Positions 58,552 through 64,000 of a stretch of 64,000 nt of DNA are shown here, piece after piece. Positions within the stretch are counted from its first letter, which is position 1; the number at the start of each line of letters is the position of its first letter. Source of the stretch: Candidatus Altiarchaeota archaeon (lineage in GTDB: Archaea > Altiarchaeota > Altiarchaeia > IMC4 > SCGC-AAA252-I15). The stretch lies in the NCBI GenBank assembly GCA_043800255.1, contig JAZDNF010000009.1:192001-256000 (forward strand), written 5' to 3'. The notes beneath the pieces were generated by a model that worked only from the letters and a program-made list of their open reading frames with translations, did not search any database and had not been told where the DNA came from. The position numbers and the translations under genes are program-made.

Positions 58552-58962
58552 ATGGAAGTTTCCGAGACTCGGCTTGCGGTCGCCATTAGTTCAGTGTTCC
58601 TACTGGGTATACTGCTTTCCATCCTCAACGGCTATTATGTCGAGGATACTGGTTCTCCGATACCGCTCCTGACGTATGGTGTGGCTGCTGGCGGGATGGT
58701 GGTCGGAGCCCTTATCATACTGTTGTTCCAGTGGAGGATAAGTCAGGCGCAGATTGCGAGCATACTGAAGATACTGCCTGACGATGAGAGAGCAATCGTC
58801 GAACTGCTCCTCAAAGAGAGGAAGATGGAACAGACCTATCTTGTGGCAGAGAGCGGGCTGTCGAAGGTCAAAGTCTCCAGAGTATTGATGAAACTCGAAC
58901 AGAGGAGGATAATCGAAAAAAAGCCTCTGGGGAATACCAACCTTATTAAACTCACAATCTAG
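58552..58962 (+). CDS. two-TM protein with C-terminal winged HTH (COG2512-like regulator)
   Basis: LPDDERAIV...QTYLVAESGLSKVKVSRVLMKLEQRRIIEKKPLGNTN. Confidence 0.85.
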   Translation: MEVSETRLAVAISSVFLLGILLSILNGYYVEDTGSPIPLLTYGVAAGGMVVGALIILLFQWRISQAQIASILKILPDDERAIVELLLKERKMEQTYLVAESGLSKVKVSRVLMKLEQRRIIEKKPLGNTNLIKLTI

Positions 58963-58970
58963 ATTGTTAC

Positions 58971-59774
58971 ATGGAAAATTCAGCTGATGCCGCTATTTCT
59001 GTCAGTAATCTAACGAAAAAGTTCGGAGAACTTGTTGCAGTAGACGATATCTCTTTCGAAGTCAAGGCTGGCGACGTCTTCGCGTTCCTGGGGCCGAACG
59101 GCGCAGGCAAGTCTACCACGATTAAGATGCTGACGACGCTGTTGAATCCCACATCAGGCACCATGCGCGTCAACGGCTTCGACTGCCGCGTCCATAACAT
59201 AGAAGTCCGAAAATCCTTCGGCATCGTGTTCCAGGACCAGAGCATCGACGAGGAGCTGACAGCCTATGAGAACATGGAATTCCACGGGGTCATATATGGG
59301 GTGCCGAAGGGTCTGCGCGGGGAGCGGATTAGGAAGGCGCTGGAAATGGTGGAATTGTGGGACAGGCGGGATGATTTGGTGAAAAAGTATTCTGGGGGCA
59401 TGAAGAGGAGGCTGGAGATCGCACGGGGGCTCATACATCATCCGAAGATACTGTTCCTGGACGAGCCTACCCTGGGTTTGGACCCGCAGACTAGGAATAG
59501 GATATGGGAGCACATTAGGCAATTGAACGACGAGGAGGGTATGACGATATTCTTCACCACCCATTACATGACGGAGGCTGAGAACGTCGCCGACGATGTC
59601 GCGATAATAGACTATGGTAGGATTATCGGCAGGGGTTCCGTCGATGAGATTAAAAAATTGACTGGAACATCATCATTGGAGGATGCCTTCCTCAATCTGA
59701 CCGGACTGTCTATAAGGGAGGAGAACGCGTCGTCTCTTGACAGGATGCGCAGGATGAGGGGCATGGGAAGATGA
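58971..59774 (+). CDS. ABC-2 exporter ATP-binding subunit (DrrA-like)
   Basis: GPNGAGKST, YSGGM and LFLDEPT. Confidence 0.93.
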   Translation: MENSADAAISVSNLTKKFGELVAVDDISFEVKAGDVFAFLGPNGAGKSTTIKMLTTLLNPTSGTMRVNGFDCRVHNIEVRKSFGIVFQDQSIDEELTAYENMEFHGVIYGVPKGLRGERIRKALEMVELWDRRDDLVKKYSGGMKRRLEIARGLIHHPKILFLDEPTLGLDPQTRNRIWEHIRQLNDEEGMTIFFTTHYMTEAENVADDVAIIDYGRIIGRGSVDEIKKLTGTSSLEDAFLNLTGLSIREENASSLDRMRRMRGMGR

Positions 59775-60520
59775 TAGAAGTCATATATGTCATGTGGTTG
59801 AGGCAGTTGAAGAGGTACTGGCGTTCCAAGTCGAGGCTGATAGGCTCGCTGGGGCAGTCTGTTCTCTTTCTGGTCGCGTTGGGCTTCGGCTTCAACCCCG
59901 TGTTCGAGAGGGCCGGCGGGGGCAATTACATCCAGTTCCTGTCCCCGGGGATTATCGCGATGAGCATCCTATTCACTTCCATGTTCACAGGCATAGAGGT
60001 CGTCTGGGACAGGAAGTTCGGCTTCCTGAAGGAGACCCTCGTCGCCCCGATTTCGAGGACGCATATCATGTTGGGGAGGACTTTGGGCGGCGCGACAATC
60101 GCGGTGGCGCAGGGCCTCGTAGTCTTCCTGTTGACATTGCTTGTCGGCTTCAGGCCTTCGGACATGGCTTCGATAGTCCCCGCCATCCTGTTCATGTCAT
60201 TGATAGCCTTGCTGATGACCGCCTTGGGCACCGCGATAGCGTCCAGGATCGATGACATGCACGCCTTCCCGATGGTAATGAATTTCCTTATTATGCCGAT
60301 GTTCTTCCTGTCGGGGGCCTTGTTCCCCTTGGAGGATCTGCCTCCCACCCTCGACCTGCTCGTAAAGCTCAATCCACTATCCTATGGCGTGGACGGCCTG
60401 AGGGGCACATTGACGGGGCAGAGCGGATTCAGCCTCCCGCTTGACCTGACAGTGCTGGCCGTCCTGACTTTAGTCGTGAACTTTGTTGGAGGCTACCTCT
60501 TCTCAAAAATCGAGCTCTGA
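59771..60520 (+). CDS. ABC-2 exporter permease (DrrB-like)
   Basis: Six TMs, FLSGALFP and NPLSYGVDGLR. Confidence 0.92.
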   Translation: MIEVIYVMWLRQLKRYWRSKSRLIGSLGQSVLFLVALGFGFNPVFERAGGGNYIQFLSPGIIAMSILFTSMFTGIEVVWDRKFGFLKETLVAPISRTHIMLGRTLGGATIAVAQGLVVFLLTLLVGFRPSDMASIVPAILFMSLIALLMTALGTAIASRIDDMHAFPMVMNFLIMPMFFLSGALFPLEDLPPTLDLLVKLNPLSYGVDGLRGTLTGQSGFSLPLDLTVLAVLTLVVNFVGGYLFSKIEL

Positions 60521-60528
60521 GAGGGATA

Positions 60529-60813
60529 TCACTCGTTTACTTCCTCTTTGACCTCTTCTTTCCCTGCAGCCAATCCTTCAACCTGCTGTTTGTCCCTGTT
60601 CAGTAGCAGAGTCTGGAATTCTCCAACATGCGTCTTCTCCTCTTTAGCAACATCTAGGAGAATCGCTCTTATGTTCCCGTCCTGTGCCAGCGCAGCCATC
60701 TGCTCGTACAGGTTCACCGCATCCAACTCCGCTATTATAGCGGTTCTCAGTATCTGCCTGTCAACATCCTCCTTATCAACATCCCCAAGGATTACAGGTA
60801 TCTTAGACAACAT
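60529..60813 (-). CDS. short ferritin-like/rubrerythrin-family protein
   Basis: AELDAVNLYEQ and EEKTHVGEF diiron motifs; GGAGGTG RBS. Confidence 0.88.
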   Translation of the reverse strand: MLSKIPVILGDVDKEDVDRQILRTAIIAELDAVNLYEQMAALAQDGNIRAILLDVAKEEKTHVGEFQTLLLNRDKQQVEGLAAGKEEVKEEVNE

Positions 60814-60878
60814 ATCAATCACCTCCAAACACCTATTGTGACTGCTGATAAAAATAGCTTCTGCACATTTATCAGCTT

Positions 60879-61091
60879 CTATATCAGAAGAGGGATGATT
60901 AGTAGGTTCCAGCCGGCGGCAAGACTTGTCTCGTATTCGACGGTGGGGGTTATTCCCTTTACCGCCGAATAGGAGAGGTTGCTCACACGGATTACGCTGC
61001 CGTCGTCTATGCAGGTTATGCCCGACGAGGTGACGCCTGTGCTGTTGCCGAGGCATGACGCGAAGTCTGTTTCCACTGTGGCGTTGCACAA
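60879..61091 (-). pseudogene. orphan C-terminal fragment of a surface protein
   Basis: No signal peptide; ends SLAAGWNLLIIPLLI*. Confidence 0.45.
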
Positions 61092-61182
61092 GAGGAACGG
61101 CGGCGGAAGAGACAGGAACGGCCGAGTCTCACTCGCCGCGCTAAACGGGAAATAATCAGGGCCCCCAGTGATTTTCCGCCGT

Positions 61183-61231
61183 GTTTCAGTTTTTCTTTCG
61201 GGTGTTTCACCCGATCATAATGTCTGTTTCA
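61183..61231 (+). promoter_or_regulatory. GTTTCA triad operator/promoter, copy 2
   Basis: GTTTCA at 61183, 61204 and 61226. Confidence 0.7.
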
Positions 61232-61260
61232 CCCTAGAGTGTAGGGAGGTGATTTACGAG

Positions 61261-61728
61261 ATGGAAAGGAAGATTGGGATTGTTGCCTTGATGGCCTTGC
61301 TGGCTTTTGGGCTGGTCGTGGCCGTCAACGCGACAGACGATGCGGAAGATGCTGGCAAGAGAGGTTTCCTCCACCGCGGACCCTGCATGGGAGAAAAGCA
61401 GGGCATGAACGCTACCGCGCTCTTAGAAGGCCTCGGATTGTCTGAGAATGCAACGCCTGATGAGGTGAGGGAGGCGCTCTGGCAGAAGAGGCTTGAAGGG
61501 TTAGGCCTTGGTGAGGAGTCTACTGTGGGCGAGTTCCACGCTGCCGTGAAAGCCGAAATGCAGGAGAGGCGTCAGGAGATGCTGGAGAAACTTGGGCTAG
61601 GCGAAGACGCCACACCCGAGGAAATCCGGGAAGCTAGGAAAGCCTACTGCAAGGAAAACCCGGATGACTGCCCGAAAAGGATGAGAGGAGGCTTCGGACG
61701 CGGCATGATGGAAGGTTTTAGGATGTAG
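61261..61728 (+). CDS. secreted helical-repeat protein
   Basis: GGAGGTG RBS, signal peptide, three LGL.E.AT..E repeats, Gly/Met/Arg tail. Confidence 0.8.
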   Translation: MERKIGIVALMALLAFGLVVAVNATDDAEDAGKRGFLHRGPCMGEKQGMNATALLEGLGLSENATPDEVREALWQKRLEGLGLGEESTVGEFHAAVKAEMQERRQEMLEKLGLGEDATPEEIREARKAYCKENPDDCPKRMRGGFGRGMMEGFRM

Positions 61729-61938
61729 GTAACCTCGTGGGCGTTTCCAGCGCCATCTGGCGGCACAAAAACCAATGGGATTGATTTAGCGCGCCAGGCT
61801 GGAAACCCCACAACATGTTAACATGGATTATGAGACGATAACCCTGTGGGGTTTGATACTGTATGGGGTCTGGATATTCGTTGATTACAGGATTAGGAGA
61901 TTAGGTATACAACGCAGAAGTAACGTCTAAAGTGAGGT

Positions 61939-61994
61939 GTTTCAGTTTCTGTTACAAGTGTTTCAACAGAGGATAACGTCTGTTTCAACTATGT
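61939..61994 (+). promoter_or_regulatory. GTTTCA triad operator/promoter, copy 3
   Basis: GTTTCA at 61939, 61960 and 61982. Confidence 0.7.
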
Positions 61995-62015
61995 TCTTAG
62001 AAAGGAGGTGCTATT

Positions 62016-62438
62016 TTGGAAAAGAAATTGATAACTCTATTGGGCGTTTTTGTCCTAGTGGCAGGATGCCTTAACCTTGATGATAAAAGCCAAGATGAGC
62101 CTGAAGCGGAGGTGAACGCATTAAGAGAGCACGTCCAGGAGGTCGTTAGAGAGCAACTGAAACCGGAGGAGAATAATCTGCCGGATAATGCCACCCAGGA
62201 GAGGATAATAGAAACCATGCGCGAACGCAGGGGAAACATCAGCCTAGAAAATGGCACCGCCTGGAGGGACATGGGAGGGAGTGTGTTTGAAGGGCGAAAC
62301 CTCACGGACGAGGAAAAGCAGAAACTTATAGAAGAGTTCATGAACAAGGATAATAAAAGTCAAGGTATGCGCGGCAGTCATGAACGACCTGAGGGTATGC
62401 CAGGTCCGATGTCTGATAAAATAATGAAGGAGGAATAA
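62016..62438 (+). CDS. lipoprotein-like protein
   Basis: TTG start with AGGAGGTG RBS; LVAGC lipobox-like motif. Confidence 0.75.
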   Translation: MEKKLITLLGVFVLVAGCLNLDDKSQDEPEAEVNALREHVQEVVREQLKPEENNLPDNATQERIIETMRERRGNISLENGTAWRDMGGSVFEGRNLTDEEKQKLIEEFMNKDNKSQGMRGSHERPEGMPGPMSDKIMKEE

Positions 62439-62439
62439 G

Positions 62440-64000
62440 ATGAAGAGGAACGGTTTAGTAATGGCATTGATCGTCTTTTGTATTGTATTATCAGTCAGCG
62501 TATCGGCTGCAACAACGTCTACGAGCTCTTCCACATCCATCGAGCCGACGAACATTGTCGTGGATTTTGACTCGACGTCTTTTGACTCGAGCCTGAGCCC
62601 GGGCGACAGCGGGATAATGAACCTGGTCATAAAGAACACAGGAGGATACAGGGCCGATACCTTGCAGGTCTACATTCCGAGCTCGGCGACAGTTAACGCC
62701 GACAAAAGATTTTATGTGGGCCGGCTGGATGCCGGAGGGTCGAAGACCCTCCCTGTCGTGATAAGGGTAGAAAATAATGCGAAGACAGGATTGACTGCGG
62801 TCAACATTCACATAACATATAACGGCTATAAGGCAGATGGAAGTCAGGAGAACAACCTGCTTACAAAATGGGATGTTCCGCTGAGAATCTACGGAAAACC
62901 ATTATTCCAGCTGACTCCGACGAAGACTACATATTATAAGGACAACCTTGATGAGCTGACCCTTGAGGGGACATTGCTAGCATCGGTGAAGGACTTGGAG
63001 TCCACGTTATCATCAAGCTGTCTTACGATCATAGGCTCGTCAAAGAAATACCTGGGCAACCTCAAGGCCAATGAAAAGTTCAACATATCCTACCAGATCA
63101 AGCCATCTGCAGAGGGGGCCTGCACTGCATCAACGTGGATTGAGTACACTGACGAGTCCGGGAGCACGGCGTCGAGGAACATAACAGTCGGGTTGAACAT
63201 CGAAAGCGCTGGTGTGGATTTCAAAGTTTTGAACGTCAGCTACAAGCCAACCGGGCCTGGAGAGACCGTAAACGTTAAGGTGGCGCTGAAGAACGTCGGG
63301 GAAGCGGACGCCAAGGACACCACCTTGAGCCTCACCCTATCCGAGCCATTCGTTCCAGTGGATACTGCAGAAAAATATGTCGGCACCGTGGAAGGCGGCG
63401 AAACCTTTGAAACAGGATTCGACATAGCTGTCGCATGGGACGCAGAGATACAACCCTACTCGATACCTTTGAACATAACCTACAAGGTCGGCGGCACCTC
63501 ATACAGCGTGAAAAAAGACATCGGCATAGACGTTTCAGGGCAGATAATCCTTGAGGTCATAAACGTCCAACAGGCAACCAGGTCGCTTCAGATAGAGGTT
63601 GCGAACATTGGCACAAGGACCGCGGAAGGCGTGAAGGCCATACTCACAACCCAGGAAACGGAGAACAGAACATTTGCCCGCCAGCAGACAACGGGAGCTG
63701 GCACCCAGCAGAGACAGACAGCAAATCCGCTGAACATGCTGACTGGGCGAGGAGTGCGTACAGGAGGCCAGCAGCAGGCGCAGAACCGTTCCACAATCTC
63801 CCAGACTGGCGGAACCCAGCAGATGGTGGAGTACAAGTCTGACATCAAGCCGACAAAGCAGACGACCTTCACTTTTGAGACCACAGTCTCAGGACCGATA
63901 ACCCTGACGCTTGAGTACACTGGCTTGAACAATGAGAGGGTGACGCAGACAGAAGTCTTGTCCGTCGGCGGGACGATGTCTGCCGGCACTTTTACAGGCG
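62440..64000 (+). CDS. COG1361 S-layer-like/Ig-repeat surface protein, truncated by the window end (not in the ORF track)
   Basis: MKRNGLVMALIVFCIVLSVSVSA signal; repeated PG...L.IKNTG / LKNVG / ANIG units. Confidence 0.82.
   Translation, partial: MKRNGLVMALIVFCIVLSVSVSAATTSTSSSTSIEPTNIVVDFDSTSFDSSLSPGDSGIMNLVIKNTGGYRADTLQVYIPSSATVNADKRFYVGRLDAGGSKTLPVVIRVENNAKTGLTAVNIHITYNGYKADGSQENNLLTKWDVPLRIYGKPLFQLTPTKTTYYKDNLDELTLEGTLLASVKDLESTLSSSCLTIIGSSKKYLGNLKANEKFNISYQIKPSAEGACTASTWIEYTDESGSTASRNITVGLNIESAGVDFKVLNVSYKPTGPGETVNVKVALKNVGEADAKDTTLSLTLSEPFVPVDTAEKYVGTVEGGETFETGFDIAVAWDAEIQPYSIPLNITYKVGGTSYSVKKDIGIDVSGQIILEVINVQQATRSLQIEVANIGTRTAEGVKAILTTQETENRTFARQQTTGAGTQQRQTANPLNMLTGRGVRTGGQQQAQNRSTISQTGGTQQMVEYKSDIKPTKQTTFTFETTVSGPITLTLEYTGLNNERVTQTEVLSVGGTMSAGTFTG

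Noticed and set aside
58195-61994. 36-bp GTTTCAA-containing repeat as a CRISPR repeat
   Set aside because: Only two copies, 3.7 kb apart, with no spacer array and no cas genes; the position fits promoters

Overview
Archaeal chromosomal DNA. Marker genes: SepRS, archaeal-type ThrRS, FEN-1, prefoldin alpha, DtdA, Taw3, cupin PGI and RtcB. Gene content and style suggest a DPANN/Altiarchaeota-like lineage (inference). Positions 1-8317 look like an integrated, partly AT-rich element. It has a frameshifted integrase-like gene at the left edge and a tRNA-3'-like att candidate at 8299-8317. It carries a PIN protein, a restriction-endonuclease-like protein, Vsr, a ParB/Srx-like protein, a divergent prephenate-dehydratase-fold protein, a C5 DNA methyltransferase and a VapBC-like TA pair. 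The rest is compact housekeeping DNA interrupted by orphan genes, including two PP2C phosphatases, a zincin, a lytic transglycosylase and a tandem gamma-carbonic anhydrase. The window ends in an envelope cluster with two membrane-anchored wHTH regulators. Four leads stand out. (1) A ParB + PDT-fold + Dcm/Vsr candidate defence module. (2) A candidate regulon of three promoters with identically phased GTTTCA triads, plus a sister GTTCA promoter, next to the membrane-tethered regulators. (3) A single-chain gamma-CA whose two domains keep complementary halves of one active site. (4) A membrane-anchored peptidoglycan lytic transglycosylase in an archaeon. All calls come from motif recognition by eye; no searches were run.
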